Assembly (NCBI RefSeq): GCF_004010195.1
Contig: NC_057754.1
Coordinates: forward strand, 12,830,333-12,865,850
Reading direction: 5' to 3'
DNA length: 35,518 bases
Origin: Chiloscyllium plagiosum
Lineage: Eukaryota
Part shown: one piece after another, positions 11,457 to 22,449 of the stretch
Layout: every line of letters starts with the position of its first letter
How positions within the stretch are numbered: the stretch's first letter is position 1
Position numbers and translations under genes: made by a program
The notes under the pieces: model-generated
Databases searched by the model: none
Seen by the model: the letters and a program-made list of their open reading frames with translations, nothing else
Told to the model about the DNA's origin: nothing

Positions 11457-11891
11457 TGCATATGATTGAAGGCATGCATGACCACGGTAAAAGATATCTT
11501 GGCTCTCAGCCTTTCGATTTAGTATTAGGAATATCTTGTACTGGGAAAATACTACTGGAGATAAAGACTGAGGTTGTGAAATTATAATTTGATGAACTAT
11601 AGGGAGTATATCACGGGCACGTTAGTGGGACTGCTTCTTGAGCTCATTAGCTTCTCCTTCCTTGAACAACAAAGCGATACCTGGCACTGTGCTTATCTTT
11701 ATCTCGAATGACTGTAAAATGTGGAATGTAAGTAAAGTTGTTTTATCATTGTAGAAGTATAGACTGACTGTTCAGCTCGAGAGTGTGCTGTGGGGCAGTG
11801 GAGACCGTGTAGCCGCTCCTCCATGAATTCACGAAAAATACTGCTTCTTGAAAAAAGACTCAAAGTCTCAGACAAAGTAAATTCCTCGACA
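11457..11891 (+). repeat. ERV 5' LTR (5' edge uncertain or truncated)
   Basis: Shares AAAATACT.CTGGAGA.AAAGACTGAG.TTGTG.AATTATA, TATAGACTGA.TGTTCAGCTCG and TGAATTCACGA with 14907-15343. Ends CTCGACA just before the PBS. Confidence 0.85.
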
Positions 11892-11896
11892 GAATC

Positions 11897-11915
11897 TGGA
11901 GTAGTCATGCAGGTT
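11897..11915 (+). promoter_or_regulatory. Primer-binding site, tRNA-Ser-like (degenerate)
   Basis: TGGAGTAGTCATGCAGGTT versus the tRNA-Ser complement TGGCGTAGTCGGCAGGAT, 5 nt after the LTR end. Confidence 0.7.
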
Positions 11916-12544
11916 CCCAATTAATATGGGATCAGATAAAAAAGCCAAAGTAAAGAAGGAAACATTGGAAATAGTGAGTGGGGCAGTCCGAGCTGAAAGA
12001 GGCCCAGGTCTGGTGTTCCCCTCACAGAGGTTAGTACAGAGACCATCTGGCATCTGGCAGGTGGCTCCAGCTGGGCCAAGACCACTGAACGGTTGAGGCA
12101 CGATCCTGGAGAAGACTAAACTTACCAGGTCAGTGAGAGAGACTAAGAAGAGGGAGCTATTCAATTGAAATTGACTCGAGACTTCAGGATCTTGTGGATG
12201 GAAGAGAAACACCGGTGAGCACTTATAGTCGATTAGTGAATGTGAGTTTTCTTCTCTTTTCCTTTCTTGGGGCGGCGGGGGGGGGGGGTGATGTCTCTTT
12301 GTAGATTACAGAAATGGGAAATTGAGCCAGCAGTCAGTGCCTCTCCACAAATGCAGATGTGAGGCATCCAGTAGAAGGCCCAAAGATGGAAACGTGAACA
12401 AAACAAAGACATTATAAGGTGATAAGATCACGGCAACAGGTAGGAGACCCCATCGTTCCCCTAGGATCACCGACTGATACGGTGCTCCAAGAAACACATA
12501 TGTCAGTCCTTTTTCTAGTGATCTTTATGGATGTTTCCAGGGCT

Positions 12545-12640
12545 GTTGTATCATTGTAGAAGTATAGACTGATTGTTCAGCTCGAGAGTGTGCTGTGGGA
12601 CAGTGGAGACAGTGTAGCAGCCCCTGTGAGTTCATGAAAA
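12545..12640 (+). repeat. Third, partial copy of the ERV LTR inside the internal region
   Basis: TATCATTGTAGAAGTATAGACTGA.TGTTCAGCTCGAGAGTGTGCTGTGGG.CAGTGGAGAC.GTGTAGC is nearly identical to ~11744-11813. Confidence 0.9.
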
Positions 12641-12644
12641 AAAA

Positions 12645-12880
12645 AAGGATTTAAATATTAATGGAGTGAAACCTGCAAACCATTCTAAAAGATGAAAGAC
12701 TTAACAGCAACCTAGATTTGTTCAATATATCGTATCAGTTGCATGAAATGATGATTTTTAGCTATAAAGTATGAGTCTTACAGTCTTGTCCCACGAGTGA
12801 AGTAATGAAGGAACAGTGTTCCAAAAGCTAGTGCTTCTAACTAAACCACTAGGATTAGAACCTGGTGTTCTGTGGATACA
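12645..12880 (+). mobile_element. Penelope-like terminal fragment with a degenerate hammerhead motif
   Basis: TAATGAA-GGAAC-AGT-GTTCC-AAAAGCTA (12803-12830) has the hammerhead layout with a mutated core. The following tail resembles shark PLE ends (from recall). Confidence 0.55.
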
Positions 12881-13391
12881 GTTTCTCGAGCTCCTCAGCA
12901 TACAAATCACTGAAACTAGAGATATATGGCCTTGTGGTGGGCGTGCCAAAAGTACCCGTCAGTTATGCTATGATGACATAATACAAAGCGTATCACACTT
13001 CAATGTGACTTTTACACAGAATACGCAAGGGATGGGTCAAGATCTGGAGAGAGTTACCCATCTTCCTTCCACTGAAGTAAGAGGTCAAAAAGAGTATCAG
13101 ATGCTTTGCAATGTTTGTTCTTGTAAGTGAAGCCTCCACTGTATGGCAAATTTTCCAGGATTCCCTTGTAGCGCTTCTCAGGGATGTATGGAAGATCACA
13201 GCCTGCAAGGAATCTGCCATAGGGGAAGATATGGCAACTAAAAGTGTTTTCTAGCAAGTATACTTGCATGGAAGGGGCCGTTTGAAGGCATGTGTCAGAC
13301 AGAGATGGAATTTGAATTGCTCCTCATCCCATACCGACATCACTGACAAATTTCGTATGACACACCGGGTTTATCAATATGGGGTGGTGGT

Positions 13392-13437
<46 letters not shown>
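13392..13437. repeat. Poly-G run (46 nt)
   Basis: Read directly. Confidence 0.95.
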
Positions 13438-13521
13438 CGGAGAGGCAGTGTATTTTTCCCTGGGCTAAACACCTTGCATTGGTGCCTGGAGTTTTGGGTT
13501 CAACCTTTAGAGAACCTTTAG

Positions 13522-14755
13522 ATGCCGGAGAGTATGGTTCAGAAAAACAGTTTCTCCTCTGTTATGGAAATAAAGCGACTGAGACGATCAATATACCATA
13601 ATACCTTTCTCTTTCTGTCCTATCAAAATGGCTATATGGCAGGAAAAGAAAGTGCCTGTTGGGTATGTACCCATTCACGGTGGTATCCTTTTGTTTCCCA
13701 TATTCTTTAGCTGGCCAGAAGTTGCTGAAAGGTTTATACACCAAGACTCTTCAGGTGAACCTGATAATTCTGAGGACGTGCTAGAGTGGCAGTCAGCAAG
13801 GTACAATCTGGCCTGATTCCAAGATTGGTAGCAACCCGACTAAAACAGATCCCATATGCCCCTTTCCTTGTAGTCCTTAACAAAACTGTTAGCAACACCA
13901 TTTGCTTCATGCAACACATGAACGTCTCTACTAGCACTTATATGGGATCTAGTCAAAGTTATTTTATTATCACCTGGATTGAACATATCCAAACTCTGAT
14001 GAGCCAGGGTCACTTTTTGTTTAATTAGTCTCATGACCTCAATCAGACGTCAGGCTCCCTTTGGAAAGACTCAGTCCCAAGTTGTGGAGGGGCGGAGATT
14101 CCAACTGTACCTCTTACAATAGCACTTATTTTCCTTGTGGTCTTAAGGCCTATCCTTGACTTCCCTCACATTCGAGAGGATGTTTTATAGGTGATATTTA
14201 GTCATTCACATTAGGGTTTTGGATGAATTACCTTCACCTATGAAGTCCAAGAGATCCCTTACCGGATTCCTCACCTGTGTTGGGATGTTTTCTTCTTATT
14301 TTAGAATCTATCTGCATTCCCTAGAATTGAGCAAATTAAAAACAGTATTTGGAGACTGTCGCCAATGATACCGCTGAGACCCTGACTGAGATCAATGTTG
14401 ACCTCATTGCAGTCAGAACAGTGGCGTTTCAGAACCACTTGGCCTTCGATTGTCCATTATCCAAAAGGGCACTTGTGCTGTTTTTGGGTGGGAATGCTGT
14501 ACCTACATACCAGACAACTCTAAAAATAACGCTGATTTGGTGACTCACATTCGCAAGGAAATCAAGAGATTAAGCTGCCCTTTTGATTCTGGATGGCCTT
14601 TTTACCTCACCTGCCTGGGTAAGTGGGGATCCTCCATAGTCATTGGAGTCGTTTTCTTTACTATCATACTCCTCATACTTTGCCTCATACGTAGAACCAC
14701 AGGCTGTTGTCGTATACAGTTTTTTCCTATCAGATCTCCGCTCCAAAACTGGTGA
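13522..14755 (+). pseudogene. env: Retroviral envelope (gamma-type) pseudogene with several frameshifts and stops
   Basis: SU: HNTFL...CWVC (CxxC) and STYFPCGLKAYP. Cleavage-like KSKR|S at ~14242-14256. TM: ETVANDT heptad, ISD-like FQNHLAFD, CAVFGWECC (CX6CC), TYIPDNS, transmembrane IVIGVVFFTIILLILCLI. Confidence 0.92.
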
Positions 14756-14895
14756 TCATCCATTCGACTGTACCCAATGACAACCCCTACAAGGAATAGA
14801 TGTGTGTGAGTATGCGACCTTTTCCAGAAGGATATGGGCCCGCTTTTTTGGATGAGCCGATTAGCTAAACTTAGGCGTTGATCTGGAAGGCCAAC

Positions 14896-14905
14896 AAGGA
14901 GGGAA
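14896..14905 (+). promoter_or_regulatory. Polypurine tract
   Basis: AAGGAGGGAA immediately before T-TG at the 3' LTR start. Confidence 0.7.
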
Positions 14906-14906
14906 T

Positions 14907-15343
14907 TGTAGAAGTAGTAAGAACTTGGCATACTGCTGCATGATGGGATACTTGACAAGGTTAAAGGTGACTTGATTCTTGGACTCGCAGCTGTAGTGGA
15001 AAAATACTGCTGGAGACAAAGACTGAGATTGTGTAATTATAGTTTGATGAAATACAGAGAGTGGATCTTAAGCTCGTTAGTCTCTCTGTCTTGAGCAACA
15101 TTGGGAACAAAGGGAGTGGCAGCATTGTGCTTTTGCCTATCTTGAATTATTGTATTCAACATTACTTGAGTGCTGAATGTAATCTAACTAAAACAAGCAA
15201 AGTTCTTGTATTATTTTAAAAAATATAGACTGAGTGTTCAGCTCGGGAGAGTGTCATGAGACAGTGAAGACAGTGGCAGTTCCTCCGTGAATTCACGATA
15301 AATAAAGCTTCTTCAAACAAGACTTGAAGTAATTTTCTCAACA
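14907..15343 (+). repeat. ERV 3' LTR
   Basis: TG...CA termini, AATAAA at 15301, homology to the 5' LTR. Confidence 0.85.
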
Positions 15344-15344
15344 C

Positions 15345-15790
15345 TCCCAGTTCAGATTTTTTTTTCTACTTTAATTTTAGCTGGTGACCTAGAGAAGTAA
15401 CTCCTGTGAAAAGCAGTTCCATGCATCAGCAAATGATCCCTGGATTACTACTCTCTGAAATTTCTCTTGCCTCTAAGAACTTGTGTTTGAATTCACCTTT
15501 TGCTAAAGGGTGTGTTTATGGGATGTTGCAAGGATTAGAACAGCTTTGTTAAATTAAGATAGCATCAGTTAGGTTATCAAATTAGGCATTATTCTAAATT
15601 CTGTTTTCTTTTGTTTGTGTTTCATCCACAGTGGTTAGGTAAATTCTGTTTTGCTTTAAGCCAAATGGTTTGACCAGCTGTGTCACTCCTGGAATATCCA
15701 CCTTACATCAGTCTAAAACAAAAAAAAAACTGTTGGGATCTTGGCTACCTTCTTAAAAAGGTTTGAAGGTGCCTGGCCTGGTCCATAGCA
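15345..15790 (+). repeat. Probable Gypsy LTR 3' portion
   Basis: Similar to 5880-6409; ends TGGTCCATAGCA. Confidence 0.6.
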
Positions 15791-16280
15791 CCATTCTTTC
15801 CCGTAATTATTTTAAAACTAATAGAATTATGATCCCTGGTCCCAAGGTGCTTCCAGATTGACACCTCAGTCATTTTCCCGGCCTTATTTCCTAAGCGAAG
15901 GTCAAATTTTCCTCGTTTTCTAATAGCTACATCAATATACTAGATAAGAACATTTTCTTGCTTAAGAAATTCCTTGCTAACTCAGCCCTTATCATCATTG
16001 AGGTCCCAGAGTATGTTTGGAAATTTAAAAATCCCCTACCATTACCACCCTTTTGTTCTTACTGATATCTGAGATCTCCTTACAAATTTGCTTTGTTAAC
16101 TGTTGGGGATCTACAGTACAATCTCAACAAGGTGATCATCCCTTTCTTATTTCTGAATTCCACCCAAATAACATCAGTGGATGCACTCCTGGAATACCCT
16201 CTGTAAGTGCAACCGTAATGTTATCCCTAATCGAAAATGACACTCCACCTTCTCCTTTGTTCCCTTTTCTATCTTTCTTA
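15791..16280 (-). mobile_element. Old CR1 endonuclease-region fragment
   Basis: Collinear degenerate similarity to ~110-580. Confidence 0.75.
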
Positions 16281-16529
16281 TATGCTACTGTGCAGAACTG
16301 AATTGCTTTAGTGACTATGTGTGTACAGAAAGATATTTTACGTATGAAGTATATTTCTGAAATAGAGACATGTTAGTTTGAGAAGTTGTACACTTTAAGG
16401 GAACATCAAGTGGTGCAGGAATTGAGCAAATGTAGCTGTGCAGCCAATTGACGTATACAAGGAGGGTTGTTGTGGCACAGTGGTGGTGTCCTTAACTCTG
16501 GGCCAGGAGATGTGGTTTCAAGATCAGCC

Positions 16530-18315
16530 CATATCACAGTACAAGAGGTGTTGGATATATTAGAAAGTATAAAGGTGTATAAATCTCCTGCTCCTGACCA
16601 GACACGTCCAAGAAAGCTGCAAGAGCCTGGAAAAGAATTTGTTGGGGTCCTAGCTGATAGTTTTGTATCATTGTTAGCCACGGGTGAAGTCCAGGAAGAC
16701 TGGAGGGTAGTTAATGTTGTGCCATTATTCAAGAAGAGCTGCAAAGAAATGCTTAACATATGTGCTGGGTAAGTAACTTGAGAAGGCTCTGAGAAATAAA
16801 ACATATATTTGGAAAGACATTAGGTTTGATTAGCAATAGTCAGCATGGCTTTGTGTCTGGGAGGTCATGCCTGACAAATTTGTTAGGAGTTCTTTGATGA
16901 AGTGACCTGGAAGGTTGACGAGGGCAGGGTGGTAGACGTAGTCTATATGTATTTAGAATAGGCCTTTGATAAGGTTCCACACGATAGGCTGCTCTGGAAT
17001 GTTAGATCACATAGATCACATAGATCCAGGGCAAGCTGGCAAATTGGATACAAAGTTGGCTTGATGGTAGGAAGCAGAGGGTAATAGTGGAGGGATGCTT
17101 GTCGGACTGGAGGCCTGTGACAAGTAGAGTACCTCAGGGGTCGGTGCTGGGCCCATTACTGTTGGTTATCTGTATCAATGATTTGGTTGAGAATGTACAA
17201 GGCATGATCAGTAAGTTTGCTGAAGGCCTTTGATAAGGTTCCACACGATAGGCTGCTCTGGAATGTTAGATCACATAGATCACATAGATCCAGGGCAAGC
17301 TGGCAAATTGGATACAAAGTTGGCTTGATGGTAGGAAGCAGAGGGTAATAGTGGAAGGATGCTTGTCGGACTGGAGGCCTGTGACAAGGAGAGTACCTCA
17401 GGGGTCGGTGCTGGGCCCATTACTGTTGGTTATCTGTATCAATGATTTGGTTGAGAATGTACAAGGCATGATCAGTAAGTTTGCTGATGACGCTAAAAAT
17501 GACATTGAGGATGATTATCAGATACTGCAGGGGATTAGCTGGGGAAGTGGTCTGAGAAATGGCAAATGGAGTTTAATATAGACAAGGGTGAGGTCTTGCA
17601 TTTTGGAAAGTCAAATCAAGGTAGGAGTTTCATGGTGAATGGTAGTACCTTAAGGGGTTCAAGTGCATGGTTCTCTGAAAGTGGAGTCGCAGGCAAACTG
17701 GGCAGTGAACAAGGGTTTTGGCACACTGGCCTATTTCAGTCTGGGCAGAGTATAGAAGTCGGGAAGTTATGTTGCAGTTATATAGGCAGTTGGTGAGGCC
17801 GGACTTTGTTTATTGTGTTCTGTTTTGGTCACCTTGTAATAGGAAGGATGTTATTAAACTGGAAAGAGAAGGGAAGAAATTTACAAGGATGTTGCCTGGA
17901 TTCAATGGTCTGAGTTATTGGGACATGTTGGACAAGCTCAAACTGTGTTCTTTGGAACGTAGGAGACTGGGGAGGGGGGAACCTTATAGAGGTGCACAGT
18001 TTCATGAGAGGCATGGTCAGTGTGAATTCACTCAGTCTTTTTCCCAAGTTTGGGGAATCAGGGACTAAAGGACATCAGTTTAAGGTTAGAGAGGAAAGAA
18101 TAAAAGGGAACCCGAGGGGCTACAACATATGGAGAGAGCTGCCAACAAAAGTGGTTGAGGCAGATACATTAACAGTTAAATGGCATTTGGAGAAATACAT
18201 GGATAGGAAATGATTAGAAGGATATGGGCCAAGTGCAGGGAAATGGGGTTAGCATGGACAGATATTTTGGTCAGCATGGACCAGTTTCCCCCAGAAGACT
18301 GTGGGATTCTATGAT
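16530..18315 (+). mobile_element. Decayed CR1 LINE (RT region to 3' tail)
   Basis: KSPAPDQ, DWRVVNVVPLFKK, VPQGSVLGPLL, KFADD, LERRRL and tail. Confidence 0.93.
16960..17487. repeat. 264-bp tandem duplication within CR1
   Basis: 16960-17223 versus 17224-17487; I count 2 substitutions. Confidence 0.92.
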
Positions 18316-19309
18316 GCCATGACACAATCGTTTCAGTGATGTATCACAACATTTACGTTCAGGTGATTAGGAATTCTCTCTCAATACAAGGTGACAATTG
18401 TGGTTAGGATTTCCTTGTCAGGGTTGATATGCAGTGAGTCTCAGACTTAGTCTCTTTGTCTTGATTAAACCTTTGGCTGGTGTCACTGCAAGCTTTGCAT
18501 TTCCCCAAGTCTCCGCCCCCCCCACCCCTTATGCTTGGATCTAAGTCTTCATTTGTGCACTTTACCCACCCAACATCCCCAACCTTAAGCAGACAAAGAA
18601 AACATGCCATGCCTAGCTGTGCACTGTCTCCCTTTGGAAGCCAGGGAGTTATTTAAGTCAATAACCTCCTCCCTCTTTCCTCTCAGCTTGTTTGATCCCT
18701 TTCCATTCGCTATAACCTCCTGACCTTGTATATTGAATTCTCCCCTTTGAGTATTGTAATTCCCTCTGCATCCCTGCCTTGTAGGTCTCCAATCCTACAA
18801 TTACATTTCCACATTCCCTCCTGCAGCAGTAGCCCCTGATTAGCCCTTCTTGAGTTTTAGTGGATGGAGCCCCAGAGTAGATCAGGCTCCATTCTCTTGA
18901 GAGACGAGACTTAGCTGGACAAAGAATGCCCTGACTGCTTTCGCATGATAGGTTGCACCTGGACTCAGACAGCAGTCCATGACCAACTCTTGGCATTGAA
19001 GAGGAGCGACTCCCTCATCCAGACTGTTGATGACCATTCAGTTGTCTGACCACATCCAACCTGCTGGGCAGTTATCATATACTGCCACTGACCTATTGTA
19101 CACCTTGACTGAAGGCCCAGACTTGACTAAGGCCTATTCTTATTAGACTTTGAGGCATGATCAACTGTCTGTAAAACATGTGGCGTGTTTGGCATTCTGA
19201 AGCAGAGACACAAAACTCGAAACATTAAATCTGTTTTATAACCTCTGCAGTTACTTCTGAATGTGCTTAGCTTTGTGTTTTCACTAAACAGCACAGCAAG
19301 ACAACAGTG

Positions 19310-19642
19310 AGCCACAGTGCTGCCCTGTCATTCACACTACTCCCTCACAGCACCAGGGTCTCAGGTTCAAATCCAACCTCAGGTGACTGTCTGTATGAAG
19401 TTTGCACTTTCTCCTCGTGTCTGTGTAGGTTTCATCCAGGTGCTCTGTTTTCTCTCACTGTGCAGGTTAGCTGGATTTGGTCGTGCTAAATTGCCCATTG
19501 TATCCAGGGTTGTGCAGGTGGATTAGTCATAATAAATGTAGCGCTGAAGAGGTAGGTGGGACTGAGTGGTATACCCTTTGGAGGGTCACTGTGGACATGA
19601 TGGACTGAATGGCCTGCTTCTACACTGTCGGGATTCTATTCT
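19310..19642 (+). mobile_element. Older HE1-type SINE
   Basis: Collinear with 2597-2896 (CCTCACAGC..GGTTCAA..AGTTTGCAC..GCTAAATTG..ACACTGT). Confidence 0.85.
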
Positions 19643-20849
19643 TATCGACGATATTGTGATCCTTTAAAAGGTCTAGCTGAGAGGCCAAAAGTGCAAAAAG
19701 GCAAAGCAAAGCGCCAGGGAGGTACAACAGTCTGAGCACTAAGATGTCAACTGAGCTGCCTGAAATGCAGCCTAGTCCAGTCTGTGAGCTCTATTCTTTG
19801 CTCAAATTGTCCTTGGAGCATGCCAGTGCAGACACATGTTGTAACAAGGTAATTGCTGTGATTTAACAAAGCATAAATGTTGGTATGTGTCAGATGCTGC
19901 ATGTTGAATGCCAGTATCTACAGACATGGGGTGCACGCGGCTGTCACCATTTGGCTTTACCCTGAGATGTTAATGCCATGTGTGCAAGATAGATATCTGG
20001 AAGATCAAGCAGCTGGCTCCTGTTGCAAGTATTCACATGTGTGTTGCAAGTTCTCTGCACCTCGTTGCTTTTTGACTGGTAGTAGAATAGAAACCTATGC
20101 ATTAAATAAGACGAGAGAACTAATAATGAGCCTTGTAATGAGCATGCCCATGCCATTTACTCGTAATAATCTCATCTCAGGCTTGAGGATTTGCTTGGTA
20201 AATCTGACCTGTAGATCTCAACAGCAAGAACGGCCTCACTTCACATCTAACACAATTCTTCAAATTATTCGCTGTCATTGACGTTTTTTGGGGCTCACGA
20301 TCAGTTACCAAATTAAGGGCAGTCGAATGACTCCGAGCTGGCTGGTCACAGCCAGTGTAGTGTTGTGAGGAGGAAGAGAGTATAATAGGCAGTCAGCAAT
20401 GTGCAAGTGATTTTCTCATGGTTTATTAAGTTTGCAAAGAAGCATCAGTTTCGGTACGCCATATTAGATAATTAGATAAACAAAGTATACAACAGTGACA
20501 ATTGATAGTAGTGACTGATACCAGAGGACAAACAGACTGATGGCACAAGATGTTTTAATCTTTTTAAACTGGTGGAATTGCATCGTGCTGTCGTGCTGAC
20601 ATGGTAGCGAACTCTTCCCTTGACCTTTCTCCTCTTCTTCTGGTCCATCTTTCATCTGTCTGATGAGGACTGCTCAATGAAGACTGCTCTCTGGAGACAG
20701 ACGAATGAGATCTGCTATCTACAAGGTCTGCTTGCTGAGAATTACCCTCATCATTTCTTTCTGCCCCAACACGTTATTAAATCATATTTCTAGGGGCATG
20801 TAATTTACACGAAGTCAATCAATTGTCTGAACTCTTTTGGTCAGTTGAA

Positions 20850-21045
20850 ATGGGGCAACTGCATGGAAGCACAGGAAATAGCAGCTTATAAACGTTTGAA
20901 TGCAGCTGCTTGTGGGATGGAAAGCCAGGAACAAAGGGATCTTGTCAGTGTTGTGGCAGGGAAGAGAAGGGAACGGTGAGGGCAGAAGCGTGGGAAATGA
21001 GTGGGACATGGCTAAGTACCATGTCAATCCCAATGAGGGCCTCAA
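20850..21045 (-). mobile_element. Penelope-like element ORF fragment
   Basis: Minus-strand NTDKIPLFLAFHPTSSCIQ resembles the PLE R.PLVLTYHP motif. Confidence 0.55.
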
Positions 21046-21299
21046 ATATTTTATCTCAAGTGATAATTCCACCAGTCTTCACTTTCTACTCCCCCAGCAT
21101 TTTTGATTTGATTATTGTCACATAGAACTTTTCACTGTATCTAGGTATATTAGCCTGCAGCACAGACAGATTGTACTCTACAAAGTCCATTCGTTAATAC
21201 AACAAAGCAAGGAATGCAATGTTACGGCTGCAGAGAGAAGTGCACAGAAATCGAGATCCAACTCAAATGGTCCAATCAGAAGTATAATAATACATCTAA

Positions 21300-22075
21300 T
21301 AATCTTTGGATCATTCAGGAGCGGATGGGGTTATTGAGAGGCGTTACAAGGAGGTACTCATACCTCAGGTACAACAAAGAGGCACGTGGGTTATTCAGGG
21401 GATGGAAAGGGAACTAGCAGACAGTGCAGGGATCCCCTGTAGCCGTTCCCTTCAAAAGGATATACTGCTTTGGATAGTGTGGGCGGGAGGGAGGGAATAA
21501 CTTAGCAGGGTTAAGTTATGGTGTACAGGTCTCGAGCACAGAGTCTGTTCCTGTTGCTCAAGAGGGAAGGTGGTGAGGGGGGGGGGGGTGCGGTGAGAGG
21601 AGCAAAGCATTAGTCACCGGTGACTTCCTAGTTAAGGGTTCAGATAGGTGGTTCTGTGGGAACGAGAGAGACTCACAGTTGGTGTGTTACCTCCCAAGTG
21701 CCAGAGTTCGTGATTTCTCGGATTGTGTTTTCAGGGTCCTTGAGAGGATGAGGGAAGCAGCTCCAAGTCGTGGTCTACATAGGCACTAATGATGTAGTTA
21801 GGAAAAGGGATGGGCATTTAAGGCAGAAATTCAGGAAGCGACTGTGGAAGCTTAGAGCTGGAACAAACAAACAGAGGCATTATCTCTGCTTTGTTACCTG
21901 CGTTGCGTGCTGGTGAGGCGAGGAATAGGGAGAGAGAGAGAGAGAGAGAGAGGAGTTGAACACGTGGCTACAGGGATGGTGCGGGAGGGAGAGCTTTTGA
22001 TATCTGGATAATTGGGGCTCATTGAGAGGTAGGTGGGACCTCTACAAACAGTATGGTCTACACCAGAACCAGATC
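21300..22075 (+). mobile_element. Decayed CR1 ORF1 (esterase) fragment
   Basis: Collinear with the reverse complement of ~945-1640 (LVTGDFLVKGSDRWFCGNERDSQLVCYLP). Contains a (GA)n expansion at ~21930-21951. Confidence 0.9.
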
Positions 22076-22079
22076 TCCA

Positions 22080-22412
22080 CCGATCCTGCCAAAACTGCCG
22101 CCGTGTTTCTCTTTCCGTCCACATTCATCTCCAAACGACATTCCCTGGCTGGATCCTCATTCCTTATTGGCTAGAACCATGTGATTGACAGACACTTTCA
22201 CCAAGACCTCAGGACCGCCCTGAGGGTTCACGTGGAGTCTCGAGACGTGGCTGTTTAATTGACTCTGCGTGAGCTCGCGGGGGGCGGGGTGGTTAGCAGC
22301 TTGTAATTGCGTCATCGTTTAAATCGGTAACCGCGAGCGGGCCATGGCGCTTTCTCTGTGGGGTTTCCGCTGGAACAGAGTGAGAGGGTTTTATTAAAAT
22401 CCTTCCAGTAAG
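22080..22412. promoter_or_regulatory. Candidate CpG-rich promoter and first exon
   Basis: CpG-dense. ATTGG at 22166, CACGTG at 22229, GGGGCGGGG at ~22281, TGCGTCA at 22308, GCCATGG at 22341, and donor-like GTGAGA (22380) and GTAAGG (22408). Confidence 0.5.
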
Positions 22413-22449
22413 GCTGAGAAAATAGTTTCAATGTGAGTTAACAAACGGT

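Larger units (their letters stand above)
11457..15343 (+). mobile_element. Defective endogenous retrovirus (gamma-type env): LTR-PBS-(gag trace)-env-PPT-LTR, no recognisable pol
   Basis: Two homologous LTRs, PBS, PPT and env motifs (see sub-features). Confidence 0.85.

Noticed and set aside
13381..13440. Poly-Gly ORF or functional G-quadruplex
   Set aside because: Simple homopolymer; similar G-runs occur at ~12277, ~21577 and ~31289. It may be slippage or a sequencing artefact, and nothing indicates function.
13522..14755. Domesticated syncytin-like env gene
   Set aside because: Multiple frameshifts and stops, and still flanked by LTRs.
19877..20281. 134-aa Cys-rich ORF
   Set aside because: No recognisable motif or splice context; compatible with chance.
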